63,456 bases of DNA, filler included, from Dirinaria sp. TL-2023a (GCA_051941275.1; 12 parts of 12 records of this genome joined end to end with filler, not necessarily neighbours in it); one strand, 5' to 3'; counted from the whole stretch's first letter, positions 1 to 13,213 are shown. Translations and numbers: made by a program. The notes: generated from the letters alone by a model not told the origin.

Positions 1-2
1 AC

Positions 3-806
3 CGTTTCGTCCGTTCCCGCGCTAGCGGCAGGCATTACACTTCCAAGAGTCTCCCGCACATTCCAGGCACCGATGGCGTCGGAGTCACATCTGAGGGCCA
101 GAAAGTCTTCTTCCTCTCCATGACTCCGGCCACCGGTGGGAGCTTTGTGGACAAAATCAACGTTCCCAGGAGGGACGTTACCCCTCTCCCAGAAGGCGTC
201 GACCCGATCCAAGTCGCGGGGCTCGTGAACCCAGGCTTCTCGTCCTGGATGGCGTTACGCAAGCGCTGCGAGAATCTTCCCGAACGGTTTTCCATCCTGA
301 TCCTGGGCGCGACATCGAAAAGCGGCCGGCTTGCCATCCCTCTCGCACGGCATCTGGGCGCGCAGCGAGTAGTTGGTGTTGCCCGCGACGAGGCCGCTCT
401 GAGTACCTTGGGTCTGGATGAGACCATTACGCTCAAAGAACCTGTCAAGCAAACCGATTATTCCAAGCTAGGCCATGTGGATGTGATACTCGACTACGTG
501 TACGGGCCGCCCGGCGCACATCTATTGAAGAACATCAAGTCGGAGGGACGGGTGCAGTATGTCCACATTGGAGCTCTGGCGGGACCGGAGATGGCTGTCC
601 CTGGGGATGCGCTGCGCAGCCACGATCTCGTGATCAGAGGTTCCGGCACAGGAGCTTTCGACTCTGGGGCCATTGCAAAGGAGTTACCAGCATTGTTGGC
701 TGCGCTGGTGAAGGCGCCGGTGCAGCAGGTCAAGGTAGAGAAATTGCAGGATGTGGAGAGGGTATGGGAAGAGGAGCAAGGCGAGAGGGTTGTGTTTGTG
801 ACTTGA
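3..806 (+). CDS. MDR-superfamily NADPH:quinone oxidoreductase-like protein, 5'-truncated
   Basis: Frame is open from base 3 (RFVRSRASGRHYTSKSLPHIPGTDGVG) into ORF 120..806. GroES-like PGxDGVG motif and Rossmann ILILGATSKSG; no catalytic-zinc ligands seen. Confidence 0.85.
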   Translation, partial: RFVRSRASGRHYTSKSLPHIPGTDGVGVTSEGQKVFFLSMTPATGGSFVDKINVPRRDVTPLPEGVDPIQVAGLVNPGFSSWMALRKRCENLPERFSILILGATSKSGRLAIPLARHLGAQRVVGVARDEAALSTLGLDETITLKEPVKQTDYSKLGHVDVILDYVYGPPGAHLLKNIKSEGRVQYVHIGALAGPEMAVPGDALRSHDLVIRGSGTGAFDSGAIAKELPALLAALVKAPVQQVKVEKLQDVERVWEEEQGERVVFVT

Positions 807-1388
807 CCGTGCTTCTTACCTCCGCTGCCGAAGCAGCACGATCAGGCATCAGTTGAGAAGCTGCCTTTAGTAAGAACGGATAGAAGAGCATCTGATTATT
901 CTGCTGCCTGTTCGAACATACTGTATTCTTACCTTTTAGTCAATAATGGCTTGCTGCTTGCTGATTGCTGACCAATGTCAATGATGAAAATGTTGGCGCC
1001 TGTTCGCAGTGCGTCTCGCTTTCGTCTGTTCCAACCCAACTTGCCCCGCCAAACCCCTCCATCTTCAATTCCGCATCACAGCGCCGCGTACCACGCTCCC
1101 AACTCACAACCGGTGCTCAAACAGCCGCTTCTTCTCATTGGGCCTTACTACTATTCATCGTAGGATAGGAAAAAGCCAATTTCCCGAGTCTTACGTATGC
1201 TTCTCTTTTTCTCCGGATTGACTTCTTCGGACGAAAGACCAAAAATCGCTCTCTCGACGAATTCCACTTGCCTATAAGAAGATCGAATTTCCCCTTTCCT
1301 ACTCGGATTATTTGGTTGCAAAAATATTGCGTTTGCTCGAGTTAGTAAATCGTGCACTCAAACGTACTGTACTGCATTCTCATTGACA

Positions 1389-2891
1389 ATGTCTCCTCAA
1401 AGGAATCGACCCTCCCCCGCTCAATCAAAGTCCCAACCACCCAAGCAGTCATCCGCCGCAATGGAAGACCAAGCACCCCCACCGTATACTCCCAATACTT
1501 CGCATTCGTCGGTCGTGACATCGGTCGATCCCTCCGGATCTTCGCCCGAGGGTTCGGCAACCCGGACAAGCCTCCGGGGTGGTTACGTGCGCCGAGATGA
1601 TGTACCAATTGAACCGGCTTTCCCTTCTGCAATGCCTTACTTCAACGAGAGGCCGTACCCAGCGCAGTCCCATAGCTTCGTTCTCCAATATTCGCTGAAT
1701 CTTATACCCGGCGCAACAAGAGATGACCTTTCCTTCCCACAGCCAGAAGCTCGTTACAGGAGCAGGAATCTCACTGCTGCCGACTGGGATACTTTTGTCA
1801 ACTACCTGCTCCCAGCAACCAATGTAAACGAAAAGAGTATCCACGGATCCTTTGTGGAGCCGGATTCTCCAGCTCAGCAGGAGCGATTTGCCGCCGTGGT
1901 CGCGGAATGGAACGAATGGTTCTTCAGTCCTCGTGGCATTCACCTCCACTACGAGCCTTCATTGGTTCTCTCTTCATCTCGATCAGCAGCTCCCCAAACA
2001 GAGGTTTACGGCGTGCCGCCACAGCCAAACCACTCATATGGCGAAGAAAGATCATTTGGTAATGACGACCATAAGCGATGGCGGCAGGATCAGAAGCGCC
2101 CGTCACATCGCCGCTCACTGTCTTCATCCTCTAGCTCCTCATCATCTTCGTCATCGTCTTTGTCCTCTGTCGACTCCATCTCCTCACGAGAACTCCAAGG
2201 TCTCAGCACTCAACAAATACAGAATTCTTTCGCCATCTTCCGGCAAAATGCCAAAACCGACCTCGTCGGCGCCGTTACTCAACTTCGGAAAGAGCTTCGC
2301 TCTCAGACTCGTGCACCAACTGGCCTCTTTGCGGACAAAGCAGCCAAATCCCAAGCCCGCGAGTGGCATCGCGAGCTCAGAGGCGAAATCCGAGCACTTG
2401 ACCGGTCCCGTCGCGACCAAAAAAGGGCTTGGAGGCAAGAAACGCGGACGCTAAAGCGTGAAAGAAGGCAGGCGAGGAGAGATCTGAAGAGAGAAAACAA
2501 AGCGCTATGGAAAGAGGAGAAGCAGAAGTTCAAAGCTGTGAAAAAGGAGGCAAAGCAGGAACGCAAAGCCGCGAAGAACGAGAGGAAGATGGAAAGAAAA
2601 ATGGGGAGAAGGGCTGGCCACTCTGGGCCTAGGATGCCGGAGCAGGGCCAACGAGGAATATCCCTCAGAGGGCAGACTGATGGTGGCATGCCCAGCGCGC
2701 ACAGTCATGACATACCATTTCGCGGTCAGCAGACGGGCGTTGTCGCCGCGGATACGGAGATGCCCAGAGGGTATCATCGTGACATGCCCTTCCGGGGCCG
2801 GCAGACGGGTGTCGTTGCTGCGGATGTTGGGCCTTTGGGTGAATTGAGGGGAATGGAGAAAAGTGACAAAGCAAAGGAAGCGGGCTTCTGA
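1389..2891 (+). CDS. Uncharacterised fungal protein with PPxY motif, poly-Ser tract, K/R/E coiled coil and C-terminal RGQQTG-type repeats
   Basis: Intronless ORF of about 500 aa from the ATG at 1389. Contains APPPY and a conserved-looking core DWDTFVNYLLP...EWNEWFFSPRG. Confidence 0.75.
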   Translation: MSPQRNRPSPAQSKSQPPKQSSAAMEDQAPPPYTPNTSHSSVVTSVDPSGSSPEGSATRTSLRGGYVRRDDVPIEPAFPSAMPYFNERPYPAQSHSFVLQYSLNLIPGATRDDLSFPQPEARYRSRNLTAADWDTFVNYLLPATNVNEKSIHGSFVEPDSPAQQERFAAVVAEWNEWFFSPRGIHLHYEPSLVLSSSRSAAPQTEVYGVPPQPNHSYGEERSFGNDDHKRWRQDQKRPSHRRSLSSSSSSSSSSSSSLSSVDSISSRELQGLSTQQIQNSFAIFRQNAKTDLVGAVTQLRKELRSQTRAPTGLFADKAAKSQAREWHRELRGEIRALDRSRRDQKRAWRQETRTLKRERRQARRDLKRENKALWKEEKQKFKAVKKEAKQERKAAKNERKMERKMGRRAGHSGPRMPEQGQRGISLRGQTDGGMPSAHSHDIPFRGQQTGVVAADTEMPRGYHRDMPFRGRQTGVVAADVGPLGELRGMEKSDKAKEAGF

Positions 2892-4081
2892 GGTGAGGAA
2901 TGAAGCTTTGCCGATGTGATGTATCTAAACAGGACGGTCGTATTCATCAAATCTCTCTGCTGATATAAACCAAGATGAATATTGGTCTTTGCGTCTTGTA
3001 CGAATCAGAAGCTCAAAACCACAGTACCTGAGCTGGTGTGCAGGCACAAACAAGTGCTTCGGCTCGACAGTGTGTAGTACCATGATTGACCTAGCGCATC
3101 TCGTCAGCAGCTGCTCCTTCGTTCGGTATTCTCCATCTACAATCTCCATCCCCAACCAGCTGCTGAGCATCCCCCACGCGGCTCGGCTTTGTTTCTTTAG
3201 ATAACAGACAGATAATTCGAAAAATCAGTGCTGATCCTCGTGAAGATGTTCGCTTCGCTATCATCCACAACTCTGATTGGCGCGCTTCTAGATCTTTGCA
3301 CCAATCCGCGCGCGGAGCGGCCCACGACCGAACCACCGATCTATTAATATTGTGTTTCCGGCCATGAAACAAGTTTTAAGTACTAACAGCACATTCTTAG
3401 CTTCTATCTGCAGACCGTAGACGTACAGGCCGCCCGTTTACGTTAGCCGTTGCTCTTCGCCTGGTGCTGCATGGGTGCTTGCAGATACCACGAGGATTTC
3501 TACGAGCCGGCTTGCCCTTGGGGACTATGTTTTTGCTGCCGCACCCGGCAGCGTTTAGTACACCACTACCATCTTCTTTCCTACTCTAGGCTTCGGGGAT
3601 GCCGTCCTTCGTTGAAGGGATTGAGACTGGAGTGCCTTACGTGCAGCTGAAACATTCCTCGAGTATGGTATCCCTCGGTAGATGTTCGATGCTAAATCGT
3701 CTCTCTCTCCCTTTGATTAGCTATTACGTTTCTTTATCAATCAGTCAATTCGGGAGTGGCTGCGGTATATGCTTCAATGTGGCAAAGCATTCGTTATTCT
3801 GATGATCAGCAAGATGCAGTCCTTGGGCTGTCAAGACCCGTTTCGCCCGCCTGCTAGCGGAAGAGCGCACCACGTGCTATTGTCTCTTCCGTGCTGCTTT
3901 TTTCTTCTTAAGGAACCATATTACTGTTTGTGCCTTGCAGAAATTTTCCGGTAGAAGTTTAGAGCATCCTTAGCCAGTGCTATGAGTGCCCTAAGTCTTT
4001 AGTAAACAATCATTTCTATCTCCTACAGCTCGATATATGTATGAGGCATATTCTTGAAATTCATCTGAGCGTATCTTCACG

Positions 4082-5181
4082 ATGCCCCAAGTCTACACTG
4101 TTACGGCGCCGGCCCGTCCAGGCCTGACTCCGCCGCCAGGCGTCGTTCCGAGCTTTGGCGACCCGTTTACCGTGTCAACGTATCAGACATTGGCTATAGC
4201 GGGGTGCATTATAACGACTACGGTCTTATTAATAGCGCGCATGTACACGAAATGGAGAATTATGAAGATTGTGGTCTGGGAAGACTGTAAGCCTCATTAT
4301 ACCATGATTGGCATCATCCAATCAATTGGCAACATCATGCTAACAATATGTAGGGACTTGTTGCCTTGGATGGGTATGGTTGTCTCTCTTGCAGAGCTGA
4401 ACCCCTCATCAGCCGACTTAGTGATGTTGAGGAAAGCTGATCAATGCCGTTCCAGGCTGCATTCATGGCGTTCATGGGAATACAATTGGGAGTGGGAAAC
4501 CACGGAGGTGGAACTCACCAATGGAACATAAGCTACGACCAAGCCCAGTACAACTGGCTGGTAAGATTTTCCGACGTCACTGCACGCCTGCCCCTCATAC
4601 CATTCATAGTACTCCAACTACGGCGACATTGTCTATAGCATCTCCTTAGCCGCGACCAAGATCTCTATCATGTTGCTCATCTTGCGCATCTTCCTCTCCG
4701 TCCAGCGTGATGCGCTGTGGTGGCTCACGCAAGGCCTGATCGCCGTCAATACCATTTTCTACACCATATTTTTCTTCGTGCCCATCTTCCTGTGCCATCC
4801 GCGCAGCAAGATCTCGAACCCGGACGAGCCGGGCCGCTGTCTCAAGATCTTCGACCTGTACATCACCTCGGCCACCTTCAACGTGGCCTCCGACATCGCC
4901 ATGCTGAGCGTGCCTGTCTACCTCATCTGGAACCTGCGCATGTCTGTGCGACGCAAAATCGGCGTGTCGCTCATTTTCGGCACGGGCGGCTTGTAAGTTC
5001 CTTTCCCTAGAGAAAAAGGGGATGATTTCATGCTCTCGGTCTAGAATTGGCATCGAAGGAGATCAAATTCTAATCTGGCACACAGGGCATGCATCGCCAG
5101 CATCTTCCGCCTGTGGGAGTGTGTGGAATTGACCAAAACCGAAGACTTCACCTACCGCAAGATGCGCTCCACAATGTGGGC
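4082..5181 (+). CDS. PTH11-like (fungal rhodopsin-domain) integral membrane protein, 3'-truncated
   Basis: Spliced exons about 4082-4286, 4354-4373, 4456-4560, 4610-4992, 5086-5181 with GT..AG introns. Motifs ARMYTK..WED, GGGTHQWN, KISI..L..RIF, FNVASDIAMLSVP..IWNLRMS.RRKIGV..IFGTG. Confidence 0.88.
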
Positions 5182-5237
5182 GTATGTTCATCCTCCTCTT
5201 TCCCCCTCTTTCCACCTTTCTAATCCAGAAAAATCCC

Positions 5238-5337
5238 NNNNNNNNNNNNNNNNNNNNNNNNNNNNNNNNNNNNNNNNNNNNTTAATTAATTAANNNNNNN
5301 NNNNNNNNNNNNNNNNNNNNNNNNNNNNNNNNNNNNN
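5238..5337. other. Artificial contig linker (N44-TTAATTAATTAA-N44)
   Basis: Exactly 100 bp; six-frame stop palindrome between N runs. Confidence 0.99.
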
Positions 5338-6272
5338 CTTCTCGTGCTTTCGCACATTTACTTTTGAGGACTGGGGCATGTACAGTGATGTCAATATTGC
5401 ATTATCAAGTTATGTGCGTGCAGAAACATATACTTTGGGAGAGATTGGGTTTTGGAGATAGTGGAGTCGTGTAAAGGAATGAGATTACTTATGTTGGTTA
5501 TTTTACTCCTCTTCTTGCCAAAGATGGGAAAAGGGTTCATCATCAAGGCTGTAGCAATGGATAGAGAACGCCTTTATTATACACTGTTTTTAGGCTGTCA
5601 TGGGATTTGAGATTTTTCATTCAGACTTGACTAGACACGACAAAACCTCAATAGTGCTAATATGAAAAAAGGATGACTTATATTTCGTGCTGTGAAAACA
5701 TACAATAATTTGCAAGCACATCTGCATCTTTTCACAAAAGTGAATAGATGATATGACCATAAGTCGATAACAACAGCGAGAGATCATCGTTAATTCAACA
5801 AACCATCAGAGCTGTATCATTTTGCTTTAATGATCATAGAAAGATCATCAAAGAAGGTGTGCGCGACGGGGAGTAGTTGAGATCATATACGATTAGCCGA
5901 AGGACGACTACCTGTACAAATAAGGGGGCCGATTGAAGCTATAACAGATACAGCTTTTGATGATTCGATTCATCTATCGATCGAGAAGCATCAGCGATTA
6001 CGTAAAGGGTAGCAATGTTTAAAGCATGCATGCCATTGCTCTAGCCGATGCTAAGCACTTACGCATATGCCTTCGTCTGGTAAAGCTGGCTAGAACGAGC
6101 GGCGTTGATGAATTCGCATTAGTTTCGTTGGAAAATACTTCTTAATCTGATAAGTCTAATTTCGAGAAATCCATTTCGGTGCTTTGGTCATGTTTCCAGC
6201 CATTGAACTTAAGGTACTCTCTGCAAAGACATCCTCACCAATGATTGGATAACCATTCGTCAACCTGAGACT

Positions 6273-7157
6273 CTAGGCATCAGAGTGTTTAATGTTCTTC
6301 CAGTTGTCTAATGAACCCAACAGGCGGACCATATGTGTGGCGATTGCCTCGCCCATCATCTTGTAGCCTTCCTCAGTTCTGGGATTGGTTAGTCTTGCTA
6401 TTCACCTGTGGCCGAGCGACATACAGATGCAGACCATCATCCCAGACATCGTCGCGTTTCGATTCTTCCAGAGCCAAGTAGGGCACTGCACTTTTTAGGT
6501 CCATGGTGTACCTAGAGCGCATCAGGAATTGAATACCGTGGCTAATGCTAGAAGGCCACTCGGACAAACCATCGATCCTGTTTATGGTTTGCGATCAAGG
6601 TATTTAGGGCATCTCGTCGCTGTACGATTGTACCAATTGTGAAGGCTGCTTCGATCACATTTAGTGCAAGTACATTCGCACCTGACGCGAGACCGATGTC
6701 CCAAACTTTTTCTATGAGTCCATCAGAAAGGATTCTTTCAATTTTCCAGCCAGGCGACATGGTTCAATTCTTCGACATAGAAGCTGGTGTAACGACATGA
6801 TTTTCTAGAATTATACTCACGCAGCTCGTCGTATATTTTCTCAGGCTGCTGTCCCCAGCCCAAGTCGTTCGTTCCACCCAGCACTACAATCCAATCGTAA
6901 GGCTCGCTTTTCGCTTTTGCACAAGCTCTACTCAGACGACCCGAGAATTGGCCTTGTACTTGAGCTCCGCTCATACCTTCGACGTCAACGTGCACCTTCG
7001 TCGAAGGAAAGGCGGCCTGGAGAGGCTCATTCAGATGAACGGCGTAGGGGAAATGCAACATCCCATATCTGGAGTAGCCGGCGGTCAAGGAATCGCCAAA
7101 GCAGAGTATCTTCAATGTCGAAGGGCCTTCCTCATGTGTACTGGCTGTGCCCGCCAT
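6273..7157 (-). CDS. SGNH/GDSL hydrolase (esterase)
   Basis: Four exons. Block I CFGDSLT, block II GMSG, block III GGTND, block V DGLH followed after the intron by TEEGY; stop TAG at 6273-6275. Confidence 0.9.
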
Positions 7158-7375
7158 TTTTCTATTATTCTCCGCAACACTAGGAAATGCTTTGCATGTA
7201 GGAAGGGTTTCGGAGCTTGACATGAATATGACATTGAAAGGAGAATAGGCAAGTACACCTGTATCGCAAGCTGAATAGGCAGCAGCGCCTGCATTAGCGG
7301 CGTGCACACAAGAATCAACGAATGGAAGAATGCTGCACAATCTCATGATAAGACTGTGGATCCCAGCGCCTCTCT

Positions 7376-7382
7376 TGAGTCA
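7376..7382. promoter_or_regulatory. Putative Gcn4/CpcA site (TGASTCA) between the SGNH gene and LEU4
   Basis: TGAGTCA about 520 bp upstream of an amino-acid biosynthesis gene. Confidence 0.4.
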
Positions 7383-7737
7383 TGCTGAATACTGGGTTAG
7401 GAGGATGCATCTATCTCAGCCGTGATGCATGCTGGAAAGTGACTGCTATAGAAACGTACATTAAGACAGGCACAGTAAGTAAGGTATTGTATGTAAGGTA
7501 GGTAAGGTATGTTTCGAATTTTGGCACCATCGAGGGACTCACCGGAAGCGAGCCTTGGGCGTTGATGGCACCATCCATTAACCGTATCTACATCCGGTTC
7601 ATCTAGTAGGGGACCTACGGTTAGCCATAGCGGCACCGATCACACTCACCAGCGGGGCAAGCCAAGTGACACTATGGGCACCAATGACACTGTGGCAGTC
7701 ACCGGTTAGGCGAAGACAACCTGCGGCAATACGGCTC

Positions 7738-7760
7738 CCGGTCTCCGGTCCGGTAATCGG
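7738..7760. promoter_or_regulatory. Tandem CCG-N5-CGG elements, putative Leu3/LeuB Zn2Cys6 sites
   Basis: CCGgtctcCGG (7738-7748) and CCGgtaatCGG (7750-7760), about 140 bp upstream of the LEU4 ATG. Confidence 0.5.
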
Positions 7761-7898
7761 ACGCACCCCACATTTTAATTCGCTTTAATGGAAAGTTTGT
7801 CCGAAGCGCTCAACTCTGACGAATATTTAATACTTATGACATTTCTCCCCTGAGCCTGCTCTGGGCCAGGAAAGCTGCCGGCCATTGTCAATAGCACA

Positions 7899-9985
7899 AT
7901 GCCTATGTAGGTCTGATTCACTGACTTGGACACCTGGAAAGATGCTCATTGCTACTCTCTAGGCTTAAGAACCCCTCCAAAAAGTACCGACAATTCAAAC
8001 CCCTCGACATACCAGACCGAAAATGGCCCTCCAAAACGCTCGAAAAGCCACCCAGATGGCTTGCTACAGATTTAAGAGATGGCAATCAGTCTCTGGTAGA
8101 CCCAATGGTGCGTCGAGATCCAGGTGGGAATTATTTGGACAGTACCAAATATCACTGTGAAATGGTCGCTGAAAGATAGGATGAGTAGGACTCGGACGGG
8201 AAATACCGCTACTTCAAGATGTTGGTTGAGCTGGGCTACAAAGAGATCGAAGTGTCGTTTCCCTCAGCATCGGAGACCGATTTTGACTTCACTCGCCGCC
8301 TCGTGGAGGAGCCGGGCACTGTCCCAAACGATGTCTGGCTCCAAGTCCTTTCACCCTGTCGAAAGGATCTCATACGCAGAACTGTCGATTCTCTGAAAGG
8401 CGCAAAGAAAGGCCTTTTGCACCTTTACCTCGCCACCAGTGAATGCTTTCAGCGCATAGTGTTTGGCTTCACTCCAGAAGAAAGCATAAACCTAGCCGTC
8501 GAGTGCACGAAGTACGCCCGCTCGATTACCAAAGATGATCCTTCACAAACAGGCACTGAATGGGCTTATGAATTCTCACCCGAAACCTTCTCGGACACAT
8601 CCCCTGAGTACGTCATCCGGATCTGCGAAGCTGTCAAAGCAGCGTGGGAACCCTCTGAGTCAAATCCAATCGTCTTTAATCTTCCTGCGACAGTTGAGAT
8701 GTCGACGCCCAATGTCTATGCCGATCAGATTGAGTACTTCTGCCGCAACATGACCGAACGTGAGAAGATCTGCGTCTCTCTTCATCCTCACAACGACCGT
8801 GGATGTGCCGTAGCTGCAGCTGAGCTTGCCCAAATGGCTGGTGCGGACCGCGTGGAAGGCGTCTTATTTGGAAATGGCGAGCGCACTGGCAATGTTGATC
8901 TAGTTACTCTGGCTCTCAACCTCTACACCCAAGGCGTTCACCCGAAGATCGATTTCTCGAACATCAATCCGGTCATTGACATTGTAGAACAAAGCACCAA
9001 GATTCCAGTGCATCCTCGAGCTCCGTATGGCGGACAGCTTGTTGTTTGTGCATTCAGCGGATCTCATCAAGATGCCATCAAGAAAGGCTTCCAGGCACGT
9101 CAGGCATCGGGTGCATCAGAGGAAGACACCTGGCAGATGCCATATCTACCCCTCGATCCACAGGATATCGGGCGTACTTACGAGGCCATCATCCGTGTCA
9201 ATTCACAAAGCGGTAAAGGGGGTGTGGCGTGGGTTATCCTACGAAGTCTTGAGCTCGATCTTCCCCGTGGCTTGCAGATCGCTTTCTCGAGAATCGTGCA
9301 AAAGGAGGCTGACCATGTCGGTCGCGAATTATTGCCAAGAGAGATTCAGACGTTGTTCGAGAGCGCGTACCACTTGAAGACGAATCCTCGATTTACTCTT
9401 GTAGATTACAATATCGCGACTGACCGCCTCCCCTCACCTGCTCCAGGTGAAAAAGCTCGGAGCCCGAACCGACAGAACCTAAAACGCCGATTTGATGGCA
9501 TCATCAGCATTGACGGGGAAGAGAGGTCTATCCAAGGTGTCGGCAACGGGGCTATCTCTTCGCTTGCTGACGCGCTCAAGGGCCTAGGGATCGATTTGGA
9601 CGTCACTGATTACAAGGAGCATGCCATTGGCGAGGGCAGAAATGTGAAAGCGGCTACCTACATCGAGTGTACAGCTGAAGGGACGAAGGAGAGACACTGG
9701 GGAGTGGGCATCCATGAGGATGTCGTCCAAGCGAGTTTGACAGCTGTGTTAGGCGCAGCGAGCAACGTAAGCCAACCGTTGGCTATTTCTCGGATCTGGA
9801 AATCATACTGATGATACTTGTAGTTCATCTCAAGCAAACCCAACAAATCAATGCCATTCCTGGCACCTATTCCGCAAAGAAAAACTCTCGCCAATATCGA
9901 GAACTTGAAGGTCAACGGAACCGCAGTGCCAGAGAGCGCTCCGGATGCTGTTGCAAATCTCGAGGCAAAGGTGAACGGAACCTAA
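7899..9985 (+). CDS. LEU4: 2-isopropylmalate synthase
   Basis: Four exons starting [11 protein letters not shown]. Motifs [73 protein letters not shown] regulatory domain. Confidence 0.97.
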
Positions 9986-10566
9986 AACCAATACGTGAAG
10001 TCTTGAATAGAATGACATCAAGAAAATTTCGAATAGGGTTAATATCATCGGAAGCAGAAAGCAAAGGGGTTTCACCAGAAAAAAAAGAAAGAAATGAGCA
10101 ATAGCTTCGGAACCCTTACCCACCATTCAAATGGTTCATGTATTTATTATGGAGCACCAGTCAGCTCACACACGAATTAATTGATTGCCATTGCATCTAA
10201 TTATTCATTCCAATACCCTATTGGCATCTTTCCGGCAGGCTTCCTCCTCATCAGGTGAGTAACCTGTATCATAACTGTGAGTCAAATCCAGCATTCATGG
10301 GGTCTTTGTAGTCAGACTTTCTCTATGTAAAACATGATACACAAAAGAAGTGAAGTGCCACTGCTGCTCTCCTATATCATACGGACTCTCTCCTTTAATT
10401 TTCCTCGTCACTCAATCTCTCTCTCCCACTCTCCACAGCATTGATCTCCCACCAAACAAACCCTCCCTTTAAAATCACCGGCCCAACAAAAATGTCCCAC
10501 CAACACCAACACCAACAACAAAAAGACTTCGACCTCTCCCTCCCCACCCTATGGTTCACGCAGAAC

Positions 10567-10666
10567 NNNNNNNNNNNNNNNNNNNNNNNNNNNNNNNNNN
10601 NNNNNNNNNNTTAATTAATTAANNNNNNNNNNNNNNNNNNNNNNNNNNNNNNNNNNNNNNNNNNNN
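10567..10666. other. Artificial contig linker
   Basis: N44-TTAATTAATTAA-N44. Confidence 0.99.
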
Positions 10667-10835
10667 CTACCAAGAAAGTAGGTGAATACGAGTATAAATT
10701 ATACAAACATTTAATTTTTAGACTACTTCCATAATGTTGCCTGCCAGTGCCCTATTATTTTTGTTCTTTTTTTTTTTGGTTCTTTTGTTTTTAGAAAGTC
10801 GAATGTATGCAGAAAGGACTCGCCGCTACCAATGG

Positions 10836-12497
10836 TTACAATGGCCTAGGGTGAAAAGAGGCTTCGCCAATAGCCTTAGCGGCCTTGGCTCTCTGCCTCT
10901 CCTCGTACATCTCCCGGCGTCCCACAATCCTTTGTACGATATCTTGCGCATTAACATGCTGAAAAGCATGTTCCCCGACTTCTTGATAGATACCAAAGCT
11001 TTTGGCTGCCGTATAAGGATCGTATTTAAGGGGCATGAATGATGTAGGCCCATGGTATATGGCGGAAGGTAGACCGAACGGAAACGCCTTTAGGTAAGAG
11101 CCACTGGGAGTAAAAGGAGCGCCAAAGATTACCGATGAAATGTACTAAAAGATTTGTCATCATGCTGTCTAATAAGGCTCAAAAGATTCTGACAAGATCC
11201 TAAGACTGTCGTAACCAACAACTTTAGCTGGAAAATGGTTGCTTTATCCAAGCACTTTCATGCGCGATTTTTGTGAGCATAAGAAGCTTCTAAGGGACTC
11301 GTATATATCTTAATAGATGGAGATGGCTCAATCCACCAGCAGAAATTGAATTCGTTGAGAATGTCACTCACTTTGCACTGAAGGACACAAAGGCCACGCT
11401 CAAATATGTTCATAATGGGGTAGTTCACACCTTTCCAGTAGTTGATGACCTCATCATCATGCACACCTGCTACGATGAAAGCTGGCCCATAGTCCTCTCC
11501 AGATCTGGCAATTCGAGCGTTGATTTCAAGTTCTTCATACCACCCATTAGTGCGGCCAAGGGTCTCTTCTACTTTGACGACTTGGTGAAGGAATTCAATG
11601 TGTCCGGATGAAAAGAGGTCGAAGCCTCCATCCACATACACAATACGCTGATTCGGCCTCGGAGATCGCCCTTCTACCATGGTGAAGTAATGGCCAGCCT
11701 CCTCGTGATCATTGTGCTCTTTCGCGGACTTAGAAGCATCCCAACTCATGACGCTCGGGCCGGGCTCCAGACCAGATGCGTCGGTGGCATAGTCCTTGAT
11801 CCGCTGGGTCATCTCCGCCCCTCTCTCGCGCCGCTCTTCTGCGTTCCCAGGACCTTCTTCTCCCAGGAGTACTTGCTGCAATGATTTGATGAAGTGACTT
11901 CTCGAGTATAAGAGCATTCGTCCGACCAAATCTGTGGTGGAGATGCCAGGGGTCCGCTTGACGACCAAGAACCGCCCTGCTGCTTTCACAAATCTGTAGC
12001 AGTCCTCTCCACTGCTGTCAGAAGTAATATCATCGCCATGCACAACATAGTGACAGCCATAGCGAGAGATAAATTGTAAGTCAGTCACATAGGGAGCATA
12101 CGGCACAGACTTCGTTGTCCACCGACAGGCATCAACGGCAGCAACGCTGCCATCGGTTGTCAGCCATTCATGTCCTAAGCTGCGATAAGCCTCAAGACAA
12201 ACCGTTCCCTGAGGGTCATGACCGTAGGTCCTTTGTTGTCGAAGATTTCTTCATCCGAATGGATGCCGACAAAAAGCTCCTTCCCGAGACGACGGGCCTG
12301 CAGCATTGCTCCAGCATGTCCTATTGTCAAGACTTAGCTCCTTTCCCAGCACTGACAATCAGCACAAGTATACCATGATGGCTAAAATCGAAACATCCGT
12401 CAACCCAAATTCGATCTTTCGACACAGGTACGTTCTCTGGAGAATCGACGGGACATTGGTCCTTCTCCAACCCCTCCCTCATATTTTCTCTGTCCAT
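10836..12497 (-). CDS. ECT1: Ethanolamine-phosphate cytidylyltransferase
   Basis: Two cytidylyltransferase domains: RIWVDGCFDFSHHG|HAGAMLQAR, VVHGDD, KRTPGISTTDLVGRML, then VYVDGGFDLFSSGH and NYPIMNIFER. Multi-exon. Confidence 0.95.
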
Positions 12498-13213
12498 ATC
12501 TTCAGCCAAGTATCGATTGATCGGGATTCAGCAGTACTAATAGCCCAGCGCCAGAAAGTGTGCAAAGTGCATTCTTTGACGGGCTCAAGACATCATGGCA
12601 CCTGTACGTTATCTCGATTTCGCGAGTGTTTGGTTGTCAATGCCTCATTAAAGAGCGTTCATGGGCTCAACGCCAAGCTTATGATATGCTCTTCACGAGA
12701 AGCGTTTCTCTACTCTACGAACTTGTGGAATACTTTGTAAAATACATTTACAGAGGAAAGTAGACAAATGAATTGGTATTTGTACCTCACCCGCCGACGT
12801 TGGGCGGTGGTGCAGGTGTGAATGCCTTGCATTAGCGACAACCTTAAGGTACTACCTTAGTACTGTACGTAAGGTAAGGTAAAGTACGGAGTAAGGTGCC
12901 TTTAGTGAGGCTGAAATGGAAAAGGGAAAGGGGATGCATGAAAGCGGCGCCAAAGTATGCGAGCTGAGAATGTCGGAGATGAATCTTATTTCAACATCGA
13001 CAACAGTCACAGGCTATTAATCATGCTGCTGATTCGTCAGTAGTAGCCTTCCCTCTCTGTCGATTATTTTGGAGGTTGCAGACTCTCTCTATTAAGATTA
13101 ATTATTGGTCATTATTTTTCCCTTTCCCCTAAATTGACCGTCAGCAGGGACCGAGGCGGATCCCTTCACCCTTGCCAGTTGCCACCGAGCAGGCACTACC
13201 TCAAGTAGTACGA

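Noticed and set aside
10492..10566. Gene start MSHQHQHQQQKDFDLSLPTLWFTQN at the contig end
   Set aside because: Only 25 codons are visible, too few to assign.
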